Below, one piece after another: positions 1-8,469 of a stretch of 40,940 nucleotides of DNA; the first letter of the stretch is position 1; each line of letters begins with the position of its first letter. This stretch comes from Candidatus Nanohaloarchaea archaeon (GTDB taxonomy: Archaea; Nanohalarchaeota; Nanosalinia; Nanosalinales; Nanosalinaceae). The position numbers were made by a program, and so were the translations under genes. The DNA is taken from contig JBKHHG010000002.1 in NCBI GenBank assembly GCA_046539225.1, positions 1 through 40,940 on the forward strand, in the 5' to 3' direction. The notes below the pieces were generated by a model, which saw only the letters and a list, made by a program, of their open reading frames with translations, was not told the origin of the DNA and did not search any database.

Positions 1-120
1 CTTGCGTATCTTGAAGACCTAAGGTCTTCTGTCATAGAAAACCTTTCTCAAGGTTTTCGTATGGATCGAGCGTAACCAATCGTTATGAGCGCAGCGCTCT
101 AACCCCTGAGCTACTTTCCC
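1..120 (-). tRNA. tRNA with CAT anticodon (probably Ile2, possibly elongator Met), intron-containing, truncated by the window edge; 5' exon 120..84, intron starts at 83
   Basis: Minus strand GGGAAAG-TA-GCTC-AGGGGTTA-GAGC-G-CTGCG-CT-CAT-A followed by non-tRNA sequence after position 37; T-arm and 3' acceptor strand lie outside the window. Confidence 0.85.
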
Positions 121-171
121 TTGTAGAAAGAGTTTCCGGGTCAATCTTTTTTATTCCCAACTCCTGTACCG

Positions 172-549
172 TTAGTTGACTGAGACTTTTCGGCTGTAGT
201 CGAGGCCTCCGACCCTGATAATCCCTTGCTCTCTTAATTCTTCAAAGGCCTCTGGCATAGGATCTGAGTCTGCTCTGTACATTTCATTGCAGCCGTAACA
301 GCCCACTACGTGCGGCTCGTCTTTTTCGTAGTCTTTAACGGTTTCATATACTGGCAGGACCGGCTCGCCGTCTAAAAGTTCCTGGCATTTGGCGTGGCCG
401 ACTGAAAGAACTTCGCACTGCTCGTTCAGGAAGTGGTTGATCGTTCTGACCTGTTCCTTTTCAGGCCTTTCTTTCACGTCATCGGTAATTCTTTCCAGTA
501 GCCTGACTTCTTCCCAGAACCGTTCTCCGTGTTCTTCATGCGGGTGCAT
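172..549 (-). CDS. Hypothetical acidic protein with Cys/His residues (C..H..C, CxxC), between two tRNAs
   Basis: ATG at 549 just 3' of tRNA-Val; the longer ORF-track start overlaps the tRNA; acidic composition typical of this genome. Confidence 0.7.
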   Translation of the reverse strand: MHPHEEHGERFWEEVRLLERITDDVKERPEKEQVRTINHFLNEQCEVLSVGHAKCQELLDGEPVLPVYETVKDYEKDEPHVVGCYGCNEMYRADSDPMPEAFEELREQGIIRVGGLDYSRKVSVN

Positions 550-554
550 GTGGA

Positions 555-707
555 TGGGTTCGCCCGGATTCGAACCGGGGATCTCCGCCAATTTGTGATT
601 GGCTTACCGATCTTCTGATCGGCGACCGCTAAAGGCGGTCATTGCGTATGGATCGAGCGTAACCAATCCTGTCAAGGCGGTGTCATAACCAACTAGACCA
701 CGAACCC
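555..707 (-). tRNA. tRNA-Val(GAC) with a 79-nt intron at 37/38
   Basis: GGGTTCG/CGAACCC acceptor stem, CCGCC-TT-GAC-A^T-GGCGG anticodon arm after splicing, CCCGG-TTCGAAT-CCGGG T-arm, discriminator A. Confidence 0.95.
591..669 (-). other. tRNA-Val intron with a relaxed bulge-helix-bulge splice motif
   Basis: Bulges CA^G and AT^T, central helix TTGA/ACAA (one mismatch), closing helix GATTGG/CCAATC, internal hairpins GACCGC/GCGGTC and CCGATC/GATCGG. Confidence 0.85.
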
Positions 708-781
708 TTTGAGGCCTATGTGTCTTGGTGTTCTGGTTAGGCTTAAATACCTCACCGAACAAGTACTGTTTGTTGGTTGAA

Positions 782-946
782 GTGGCTCCTGAATGTAGTG
801 AATGCGGCGAGGACTTGCACGTGAACTCTGTTGACAGGCCTAACGTTGACTGGGTTAAAGTCGTGTGCTCGAGCTGCGGTCACGTCGAGAATGTTTCGAT
901 GATCCGGCTGGATTCAGATGTCCGTGCCAGGAAAGACAACAATTAA
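782..946 (+). CDS. Small zinc-ribbon protein (CSECG...CSSCG)
   Basis: Two CxxCG knuckles; GTG start downstream of TTAAATA at ~743. Confidence 0.65.
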   Translation: MAPECSECGEDLHVNSVDRPNVDWVKVVCSSCGHVENVSMIRLDSDVRARKDNN

Positions 947-971
947 AATTTGTTCTTCAATACTCTTCTTT

Positions 972-1505
972 ATGGTCAACAAATGGCATGACTACGAGAC
1001 GGGGCCTGATGCTCCGGAAGTTATCAACGCTGTAATTGAAAATCCGACAGGCACGCAGAACAAGTACGAGTACGACAAGGACAAGGAATCAGTAGTTCTG
1101 GACAGAGTACTCTACGCTTCTATCAACTATCCTGGCGACTACGGGTTCATCCCACAGGCATACTACGAAGACGGCGACCCGATGGACATCCTCGTCCTGA
1201 CAACGCACTCAACGTTCCCAGGCTGCGTGATGGAGGTTCGACCGGTTGGAATCCTGTACATGGACGACGACGGGGAACAGGACGACAACATTATCGCAGT
1301 ACCGGAGGAAGACCCGCGCTGGAACAATGTTGAAGACCTGGACGATGTCAACGAGCACAGAAAGAAGGAGATCGCAGAGTTCTTCGCGACATACAAGAAC
1401 CTGGAGCCTAAGAAAGAAGTCGAGATCGAGGGCTGGGGCGGAAAAGAAGAAGCCCATGAAGCAATCGAGAAGTCCCAGAAGCTTTACGAAGAAAACTTTG
1501 AGTAA
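972..1505 (+). CDS. ppa: Inorganic pyrophosphatase (family I)
   Basis: Motifs NKYEYDK, LDRVLY, YPGDYGFIP, DGDPMD, FFATYK; start trimmed to MVNKWHD. Confidence 0.97.
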   Translation: MVNKWHDYETGPDAPEVINAVIENPTGTQNKYEYDKDKESVVLDRVLYASINYPGDYGFIPQAYYEDGDPMDILVLTTHSTFPGCVMEVRPVGILYMDDDGEQDDNIIAVPEEDPRWNNVEDLDDVNEHRKKEIAEFFATYKNLEPKKEVEIEGWGGKEEAHEAIEKSQKLYEENFE

Positions 1506-1542
1506 AGGCCTCAAACCTTTATTTTCTCTTTTATTGTGTTTT

Positions 1543-1824
1543 CTACCTGAATATTTTTAGTACTTCTTCCGTGTAGTTCTCCGCTGATTCGTCATAATAG
1601 AAGATGAATGCCTCTCCGTCTTTTACCGAGTGAACGGGATCGTTTCCTTCGACTTTTTTCAGGGTGTAGGTCTCTCCCTATTTCCAGCCTCTTGGGATCC
1701 GGGTTTTATTCTCTACAAGTTCGTTCATTTTTTCCTTGGCTTCTTCAAAGCTTGAAGAAGGTTTGAACCATTTTACGCTGCGGCTGTCGCTGTAGAAGCC
1801 GGTGATATCGCTGTACTCCGGCAT
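1543..1824 (-). pseudogene. 93-codon acidic ORF interrupted by one in-frame TAG (1680..1678)
   Basis: MPEYSDITGFY...PRGWK*GETYTLKK...EEVLKIFR*; both halves in one frame, starting 3 nt after the XPB stop. Confidence 0.7.
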
Positions 1825-1826
1825 TT

Positions 1827-3434
1827 TTACTCCTTCAACGTTACCGGTACGCCTTTTTCCTTCAATAGTTCGACTTGCTGCTTTACGAAGTCTTCTTCGT
1901 TGCTTCCTTTTGTGGCGACCATGTAGACCTGTGCGTCTCCTACAGGCCTCATGACCCTTCCTGCTCTTTGAGTCGCCTGTCTTCTTGAGCCTCCTTGGCC
2001 TGACATCACTATCCCTACTTCTGCGTTTGGAAGGTCGAGGCCTTCGTCTCCGATCCTTGAGACTATCATTGTGTCGAGTTCTCTGTCCCTGAACTCTTCG
2101 AAGTACTCCTCTCTTTCATCGAAACCGGTTTCTCCCGAGATGAACGGTATGTCGTATCCCTTGGAAAGGTCTTCTCCCTGGTCAAGCCAGTCGCAGAAGA
2201 TCAGGGTTTTCTTGCCTTCGTACTCTTCCAGCAGGTCTTCGAGAACCTGTTTCTTGGCCGGGTTTTTCGATGCGATGATCGCCTTCTTGATGCCTGAGGC
2301 CTCCTCGTACCTGTGCCTGTAGAAGTCGGATGCCCAGTCGACCATCCTGATCTCAACATCCGGCTTCACAACGTGACCCTCCGAAAAGAAACGGGCCCAG
2401 TCGCCGCCGATCTCTCTCCCGATTAACGCGAAGATCTCTCTTTCCTTCGTGTCTTCTCTCACAGGTGATGCGGAAAGGCCTATACGTCTCGTGGACTGGA
2501 GGGAGGCGGTCTTCCTGAAGAGATCTGATGGGATGTGGTGGACTTCGTCGAAGATGATGAGTCCCCAGTCCTTCCGGAAGAGGCTGGTTTTTTCTCCCGC
2601 GATGTGGTACGTCGCTATCGTCACATCGTTCATCTCTTTCTCGTCGCCGTGGTACTCCCCGATCTGATCCTCTGTTACTGTGGTCTTGTCAAGTATCTCA
2701 CGTTTCCACTGGTTCACCAGGTTCCTCTGCGGAACGAGTATCAACGTGGGTGCGTCGATCTCCGCCATCAGGCCTATGGCTGTAACGGTCTTTCCGGAAC
2801 CTGCAGGATTCGCCAGTACCGCAGCCTTTTCGGAGTAGGCCTTTCCGACGTATTCTTTCTGGTATTCGCGGAGCTCCATGTCTCTGAGGTCGGCGCCGAT
2901 TGACTCTTCTACCTCCCGGAACTTTGAGTTGTCTTCAACCGGGTAACCTTTTTTCAGCAAGGCCTCCTTGATTTCCGCCCTGCTCTTTGAACCCATCGCG
3001 ATTCTTGACTCGGTGTCAGATAGATCGACTGACAGGTTTTTCCTCACCTTTTCGATGCTGCGGGCCCACTCCATCCTCTCCTCGTCTTCAGAACTCAGGA
3101 CATGGTAATGTCCGCGGTGCTCAATTGAGAAGACCTGCTGCTTCTCGTAGGTTCGCTCCACCCATTCCAGGAAACGCGGATAGTTCCCGACTACACGGGT
3201 GTAGACCTCTCTCATCTCCTCATGGGAGAGATCCGAGTTCCAGATATCCATCTCACGAACCTGGAACTTGTAGTGTTCTCCGCTCGAGGTCTCCATATGC
3301 GCGATCGACGAGATCTCATTCAATGTCTCATCATCGGGATGCGAGAGAACTATCTCCCTCTGCGGCTCGAAGAATACTACATGGTTTTCAATCATTTCGA
3401 CAAGTTCATCTCTGTCTTTTTCCTGCAGGGACAT
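1827..3434 (-). CDS. xpb: XPB/Rad25/Ssl2-family SF2 helicase
   Basis: PAGSGKT Walker A, DEVHH, GLSASPVRED, QRAGRVMR, N-terminal XPB-like domain. Confidence 0.9.
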   Translation of the reverse strand: MSLQEKDRDELVEMIENHVVFFEPQREIVLSHPDDETLNEISSIAHMETSSGEHYKFQVREMDIWNSDLSHEEMREVYTRVVGNYPRFLEWVERTYEKQQVFSIEHRGHYHVLSSEDEERMEWARSIEKVRKNLSVDLSDTESRIAMGSKSRAEIKEALLKKGYPVEDNSKFREVEESIGADLRDMELREYQKEYVGKAYSEKAAVLANPAGSGKTVTAIGLMAEIDAPTLILVPQRNLVNQWKREILDKTTVTEDQIGEYHGDEKEMNDVTIATYHIAGEKTSLFRKDWGLIIFDEVHHIPSDLFRKTASLQSTRRIGLSASPVREDTKEREIFALIGREIGGDWARFFSEGHVVKPDVEIRMVDWASDFYRHRYEEASGIKKAIIASKNPAKKQVLEDLLEEYEGKKTLIFCDWLDQGEDLSKGYDIPFISGETGFDEREEYFEEFRDRELDTMIVSRIGDEGLDLPNAEVGIVMSGQGGSRRQATQRAGRVMRPVGDAQVYMVATKGSNEEDFVKQQVELLKEKGVPVTLKE

Positions 3435-3487
3435 GCCGTACAAAGTATAACCGAAGTTTTAAATGGTTCAACGCCCAGCGTCTACAG

Positions 3488-4078
3488 GTGAAAAAATCAG
3501 AGCTCAAGGCAAAACTATCCAGGATAGAGGGTTTCGAGTCGCCCAGGGTCGAACTCGAACAGTACGTCACGCCCCCGGAACTCGCCGCCGACATCGTCCA
3601 CAGCTGCTACATGCAGCAGAACATGACAGTAGCTGATCTGGGCACAGGGACGGGAATCCTCGCGGTTGGAGCCGCACTTTTAGGCCTGGACGTGACCGCG
3701 GTAGAACTGGATAAAAAAACCCTGGAAAAAGCCAGGGAAAACGCTGAAAGATTCGATGTCGATATAGAGTTTGTTGAGGAAGATGTATCCGGCTTCAGGC
3801 CTGGAAAAAGTTTTGACGCAGTATTGATGAATCCTCCTTTCAATGTTCAAAGCAGTGAAGGCCTAAAGTTCTGGAGAACCGCGCTTGAGATAGGAGACTC
3901 GGTTTACGGGGTTGCGGGCAAAGGCTTCAGGCCACGTTTAAAACGTTTGTGTAGCGAATATAATCATGAAATAGTGGCTTGCGAGGCCTACACTGTAGGA
4001 CTTCCAGCAAGCTACGAGTTTCACACCGAGGCCTCGAGGGAGACCCCGGTAGATGTCTACGTAACAAGGAGGAGATAA
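3488..4078 (+). CDS. METTL5-family N6-adenine RNA methyltransferase
   Basis: LEQYVTP, DLGTGTG, MNPPF motifs; usual position upstream of rpoL; GTG start. Confidence 0.9.
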   Translation: MKKSELKAKLSRIEGFESPRVELEQYVTPPELAADIVHSCYMQQNMTVADLGTGTGILAVGAALLGLDVTAVELDKKTLEKARENAERFDVDIEFVEEDVSGFRPGKSFDAVLMNPPFNVQSSEGLKFWRTALEIGDSVYGVAGKGFRPRLKRLCSEYNHEIVACEAYTVGLPASYEFHTEASRETPVDVYVTRRR

Positions 4079-4083
4079 AATTA

Positions 4084-4329
4084 ATGGACGATCTTGATGT
4101 AATGGAGAAAGAAGGAAGACTGCTTATCGATACAGAGCAAAACCACGCCCTGGGAAACCTTTTGAGGAAAGCGGTCTGGGAGAACGGCGGCGAAGCCGGC
4201 TACGATAAAGGCCATCCGCTCGGCGACGAATCCGTGCTGATTATTGATGATGATGCGCCTGAGGAGACTCTTCAGGACGCGGTTGAGACCGCCCGGGAAT
4301 GGATTGAAGGTATCGAGTCAGATCTATGA
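4084..4329 (+). CDS. rpoL: RNA polymerase subunit L (Rpo11)
   Basis: HALGNLLR and AGYDKGHPL motifs; GGAG upstream of ATG. Confidence 0.85.
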   Translation: MDDLDVMEKEGRLLIDTEQNHALGNLLRKAVWENGGEAGYDKGHPLGDESVLIIDDDAPEETLQDAVETAREWIEGIESDL

Positions 4330-4841
4330 AGTCAGGGGCCCGGATACTTGGAATAGATGACGGCCCTCGGGAACTGGAAAAGATTATCGGCGTAGTTTAC
4401 AGAGGCACAGAGTTTATCGAACAGGTAGAACTTCTTGATCAGAAAACTGATACAGGCGAGTCCACGGAGAAAATCCTCGAGCTTTACACCCAATTTAATC
4501 AGTATGTTGAGGCCTTGGTTCTCGATGGGGTAAGCTTCAACGGCTTTAACGTGGCGGATATCGAAAAGATCTCTGAAGAAACCGGGAGGCCTGTGATCGC
4601 CGTTACTTCTAACACGCCCGACAAGCAGAGGATGAAGAAAGGCCTGAAATCCGCGGATCTCGATACAGGTATTATTGAAAGATTACCGGAGATCCATGAA
4701 CTTGAGGACGTATACATTCAATTCGCTGGATGCGGGTTGGAGGATGCGGCGGAGATCATCGAGAAGTCGACGGTTCAAGGCAGTATTCCCGAAGCTGTTA
4801 GAACCGCTCACCTTATCGGGGAAGGCCTGAGTCAAACTTAA
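4326..4841 (+). CDS. DUF99 / endonuclease V-like protein
   Basis: RILGIDDG, LDGVSFNGFNVADI, IPEAVRTAHLI. Confidence 0.9.
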   Translation: MKSGARILGIDDGPRELEKIIGVVYRGTEFIEQVELLDQKTDTGESTEKILELYTQFNQYVEALVLDGVSFNGFNVADIEKISEETGRPVIAVTSNTPDKQRMKKGLKSADLDTGIIERLPEIHELEDVYIQFAGCGLEDAAEIIEKSTVQGSIPEAVRTAHLIGEGLSQT

Positions 4842-4867
4842 TTAAAGCTGGCCGCTCGATTAAAGTT

Positions 4868-5533
4868 ATGGACTGGGACTCTGTTTTCGGGAGAGAGGCC
4901 TACTTTGTGTTTCTCGCTCTGGTTCTGGCGTTTGGAATGCTTCAGACCGCCGGGACCGTCATGGGTACAGAGCAGCCGGTGGTCTCAGTTGTTTCATGTT
5001 CGATGTACCCGGAGTACGATAGAGGCGATATCCTGTTTGTCAACGGAGTAGAGTTTTCCAGTATTGAAGAGGGAGATGTTGTAGTGTTTAACGCGCCGAT
5101 GAAGTCCACGGTAAGTGTTGACGGCGCAGAGTACCGCCTCTCCGAACAGCCGACGGATACTTCTATCGGAGAGGGTAGAGTCCTAAAAGTTGAGGACAAC
5201 ACCGCGGTTTTAGAGTTTGATGGTGAAAGGTCCAGGGTGGAATCGGGAAGATCCTACAGCATAAAGGATTCAAGGGTTGAAGTCGAAAACGTTTCAGGCG
5301 TGAATATGCCGGTCGTTCACAGAGTCGCGGATAAACGGAACTCCAGCCTCGAGACCAAGGGCGACAACAATCCAAGGCAGCTTGATTTCGAGAAAGATAT
5401 CAGGCCTGAACACGTCTACGGAAAAGTGCTTTTCCGGCTGCCCAAGATCGGCGCCCTGAAACTCGTGGCAATGGATTTCGTTGGTTTGACGGGTCAGCCG
5501 CTCCGCATCGATTCCTACACCGGATGCAGATGA
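4868..5533 (+). CDS. sec11: Signal peptidase I (S26B/Sec11 type) with an internal insertion
   Basis: N-terminal TM, VVSCSMYP (catalytic Ser), RGD, VVHRV (His), TKGDNN. Confidence 0.9.
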   Translation: MDWDSVFGREAYFVFLALVLAFGMLQTAGTVMGTEQPVVSVVSCSMYPEYDRGDILFVNGVEFSSIEEGDVVVFNAPMKSTVSVDGAEYRLSEQPTDTSIGEGRVLKVEDNTAVLEFDGERSRVESGRSYSIKDSRVEVENVSGVNMPVVHRVADKRNSSLETKGDNNPRQLDFEKDIRPEHVYGKVLFRLPKIGALKLVAMDFVGLTGQPLRIDSYTGCR

Positions 5534-5540
5534 AAGGCCT

Positions 5541-5548
5541 TTTAAGTT
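5541..5548 (+). promoter_or_regulatory. TATA box of leaderless tfs transcript
   Basis: TTTAAGTT 23-30 nt upstream of ATG 5571; similar spacing at ~10557 (rpl44e), ~11302 (aIF2a), ~14402 (rps2), ~15553. Confidence 0.55.
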
Positions 5549-5570
5549 TTTGATCAGGTAGTTTGGAGGT

Positions 5571-5906
5571 ATGGAGTTCTGTAATGAATGTGGAGGAATG
5601 CTTGTATCCGAGAAGGAGAATGGAGAAACCAGGATGAAATGCCGAGGCTGCGGAGAATACCAGGACGTAGAAGCAGAGGAGATGAAGGTTACAGAGGAGA
5701 AGGAAGAAGACCCTATGGACCGGCTGAACGTCAACGAGGAAGGCGACGACGAAGCAACAAGGCCTACAACCGAAAAAGAATGCAAGAAATGCGGAGAGAA
5801 AACCGAGCAGGAGTGGTGGATGGAGCAGACCCGGGCCTCAGACGAGCCGCCCACACGTTTCTACAGATGCCGCCAGTGCGGAAACGTCTACAAGATTTAC
5901 GATTAA
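5571..5906 (+). CDS. tfs: Transcription factor S (TFS/RpoM)
   Basis: MEFCNECG, two Zn ribbons, QTRASDEPPTRFYRC. Confidence 0.95.
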   Translation: MEFCNECGGMLVSEKENGETRMKCRGCGEYQDVEAEEMKVTEEKEEDPMDRLNVNEEGDDEATRPTTEKECKKCGEKTEQEWWMEQTRASDEPPTRFYRCRQCGNVYKIYD

Positions 5907-5912
5907 ATTTTT

Positions 5913-6296
5913 TCACGGACCCCAGTCAATCTCCTTATACCGGCGGCCCATCATCTGTTTCATAGACTCTTCGACTGCCTCACCCGATCCAGGTGCGACA
6001 GGCGCCGCTGCAAAATAGGCCTCATCTACATCTTGAAAACCTTCTCTCCGGTCTTTCGGTTCCTCGGGCTCGTAACTTACCTGAACCACCGGAACCCCGC
6101 CAAACTCGTCTACCTCAAACCTTCCGGAGTCTCCAGGCCCCATCCTTAAAGCGTCATACATAAACTCCCCAAGGTTTCCGGTTCTTCGCAGGCCTGAATT
6201 CTCTATACCGGTTTCAGAGGCCTGAACGTATTCGAGCCATTCCACGGTTTCAGTTAGATCCATTGAGATACCAGGGGCAAAACCCATTCCATTCAT
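5913..6296 (-). CDS. Hypothetical acidic protein (start uncertain, 6296 or 6263)
   Basis: Acidic ORF filling the gap; the ORF-track extension overlaps the next gene. Confidence 0.65.
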   Translation of the reverse strand: MNGMGFAPGISMDLTETVEWLEYVQASETGIENSGLRRTGNLGEFMYDALRMGPGDSGRFEVDEFGGVPVVQVSYEPEEPKDRREGFQDVDEAYFAAAPVAPGSGEAVEESMKQMMGRRYKEIDWGP

Positions 6297-6319
6297 ACTG
6301 TAGAATTGTAACTGAAAAG

Positions 6320-6886
6320 TTAAATTGATTCTACCTCTATCTCTTCCTCGTCGATCTCTTCCGCCAGAGTGTTTATAGAAGTCCTGAGCTTGGAGAGCTC
6401 CTGCTCCATCTTTTTCCTGTGATCCTTGAACTCTGACTCGCCTACCTTTGAGTTGATATCCCATTCCTGCCTGTTCTCATCGAGGATAAACTCGTTTTCT
6501 ATCTCGTTGACCTTCTGCGTCAAGGCCTCCAGTTCTTCGAAAAGCTCGTCCTGACGCTGCTTCATCCTGGAAGTCCGGGAATCAATCCGGGAAAGCTTCT
6601 CCAGCTTCGATGAGTTTTCATCGACCTTTTCAAAGTAGTTTGACTGCATCGATGCAAACCTCTTGAAAAGCTTCCGCAGCTTGCCTATACGCGACCGGTT
6701 GTGCTCGATATGCTCCAGGAACTCCTCCTCTCGACGCAGGTTCTCAACTATCTGGTCAAGCTGCTGGTCATGGTGCTGGACCGCGTTATCGAGAGCGTTG
6801 AGATGAGAGTCCAGGCCTTCCACCGCGTCAGCCACGTCTCTAAGGTTTTTCGAGGCCTCTTCCCCCTTCTTCCCGAGTATATCCAT
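6320..6886 (-). CDS. Hypothetical coiled-coil protein
   Basis: Heptad-like E/K/L-rich sequence, 188 aa. Confidence 0.75.
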   Translation of the reverse strand: MDILGKKGEEASKNLRDVADAVEGLDSHLNALDNAVQHHDQQLDQIVENLRREEEFLEHIEHNRSRIGKLRKLFKRFASMQSNYFEKVDENSSKLEKLSRIDSRTSRMKQRQDELFEELEALTQKVNEIENEFILDENRQEWDINSKVGESEFKDHRKKMEQELSKLRTSINTLAEEIDEEEIEVESI

Positions 6887-6959
6887 TGAACAGGTTTTGT
6901 AGCTCTCGGTATTTGAAATACAGGGTTGAAATAAAACATTTCACCCGCAATAAATCATT

Positions 6960-7295
6960 ATGCCAGAACAGCAGGAGATGAGGAGAGCGCCGGCACGCCC
7001 CAAAAAAGTAGAGGAAATCAACCCTCAGAGCGATATCAGGGTCAGAGTCACGGGAACAGTCCTCAGCCTTGATGACGACTCGATTTCGCTTGATGATGGG
7101 ACTGGAAGCGTAGAGGTATTCCTTGAGGAAGACCAGATGGAAGATTTAGAAGAAGGCCTGAGAGTCAGGGTTCTCGGGAGAGTCCTGCCGACCCCCGACA
7201 GCTTCGAGCTGCAGGGAGAGGTAGTACAGGACTTCTCGGACGTTGATCCGGAGCTCTACGACAAAGTTAAAAAAGTTGTTAACACTAACGAGTAA
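6960..7295 (+). CDS. Single OB-fold protein, RPA small subunit-like
   Basis: RVRVTGTV, LDDGTG, VRVLGRV; next to PCNA. Confidence 0.8.
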   Translation: MPEQQEMRRAPARPKKVEEINPQSDIRVRVTGTVLSLDDDSISLDDGTGSVEVFLEEDQMEDLEEGLRVRVLGRVLPTPDSFELQGEVVQDFSDVDPELYDKVKKVVNTNE

Positions 7296-7309
7296 CATAG
7301 GAGATTCCA

Positions 7310-8056
7310 ATGTTTAAAGCAGAAATAGAAGAAGTCGGCCTACTGAAAGACTCGATGAAAACCATTTCAGACCTCATCAGCGAAGGCCTCTTCCAACTTG
7401 AGGAAGACGGTTTAAGACTTGTCGCGGCGGATCCCGCGCTTGTAGGCCTCGTACACTTCAAAATGGAGGAAGACCTCTTCGAAGAGTACGAACTCGACGA
7501 GGAGACAATGGTAGGCCTCAACATTGAAAACCTGTACTCTATTCTGCGGAGAGCAAACGCAAACGACACCATAACGTTCGAACTCGATGATTCACGTTTC
7601 CACATCAAAATGGAGAACTCAAGCACCAGGAACTTCTCCCTGCCGCGCCTGAACCTTTCCGAAGACGATATACCTGAGACAGACCAGCTCGAATTCGACT
7701 TTGAAGCAGAGCTCGAGGCCTCAGTCATTGAAGGAGCTGTAAAGGACGCTATGGTTGTCAGCGACGCTGTAACGGTTTCTGCTAACGATTCTGAGCTTAC
7801 CATAAAAGCGGAAGGCGACCAGAGCAACGCAGAGTTCACTATTACAGAGGGAAGTGAGGGAGTGATCTCTATGGACGGCGATCAGGTGAAATCAATGTTT
7901 TCGCTCGACTATCTTTCCAAAATGATCGGAGGCAAAAAACTGTCGGAGAACGCCACGATCAAGCTCGGAAACGACTTCCCGATGCGGATGGAGTTTGTAA
8001 GGCCTGAAGAACTGGATCTGAGCTTTGTACTGGCGCCTCGTATAGAGGAGGACTAA
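7310..8056 (+). CDS. pcn: DNA sliding clamp PCNA
   Basis: MFKA start, AADPALV, FSLDYL, LGNDFP, LAPRIE end. Confidence 0.97.
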   Translation: MFKAEIEEVGLLKDSMKTISDLISEGLFQLEEDGLRLVAADPALVGLVHFKMEEDLFEEYELDEETMVGLNIENLYSILRRANANDTITFELDDSRFHIKMENSSTRNFSLPRLNLSEDDIPETDQLEFDFEAELEASVIEGAVKDAMVVSDAVTVSANDSELTIKAEGDQSNAEFTITEGSEGVISMDGDQVKSMFSLDYLSKMIGGKKLSENATIKLGNDFPMRMEFVRPEELDLSFVLAPRIEED

Positions 8057-8058
8057 AA

Positions 8059-8295
8059 GTGGGAAAGTTCAGCGCAGTACTCGACAGGAGAGACATCGGA
8101 TCCGCGTTGGACCAAATCTTTTCAGAGATAGAGGATGGCATTTCCTCGGAAGACCTGACCGAACAGGTGAATACGCTCGTCGAACCCGACTATGAAAAAC
8201 GCGATGTAACCTCTGCGCTGAACGAGCTGAGAGACAGGGAGTACGTGACAGGCTACATCGAGGACGGCAAATTCTACTGGGAGCTACAGGACTAA
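8059..8295 (+). CDS. Small hypothetical protein, winged-helix-like
   Basis: Helix-helix-beta-hairpin pattern (DVTSALNELRDREYV...GKFYW); coupled to pcn. Confidence 0.6.
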   Translation: MGKFSAVLDRRDIGSALDQIFSEIEDGISSEDLTEQVNTLVEPDYEKRDVTSALNELRDREYVTGYIEDGKFYWELQD

Positions 8296-8328
8296 GAAAC
8301 TTAACTTTTCATCCATTCCTTTCTCTCT

Positions 8329-8417
8329 ATACGGAAGAGTACGCCATGCCTGCTACAGGCGCCCTGATCTTCAACGAAGACAGTGAAAATTTCATCTCCA
8401 GCTACCTGAAGGATTGA
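8329..8417 (+). pseudogene. Possible remnant of a Nudix hydrolase gene
   Basis: TEEYAMPATGALIFNEDSE resembles a Nudix first strand and runs straight into a short helical end; no Nudix box. Confidence 0.3.
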
Positions 8418-8469
8418 GGCCTTTTGAACTGCCGCAGACAATTTAGTATTTACCGGTTAATTACTCGGT

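Noticed and set aside
1543..1824. Bax1 nuclease partner of XPB
   Set aside because: Far too short and no nuclease motif visible
2987..3487. Long N-terminal extension of the METTL5 ORF
   Set aside because: Antisense overlap with XPB; family similarity begins at GTG 3488
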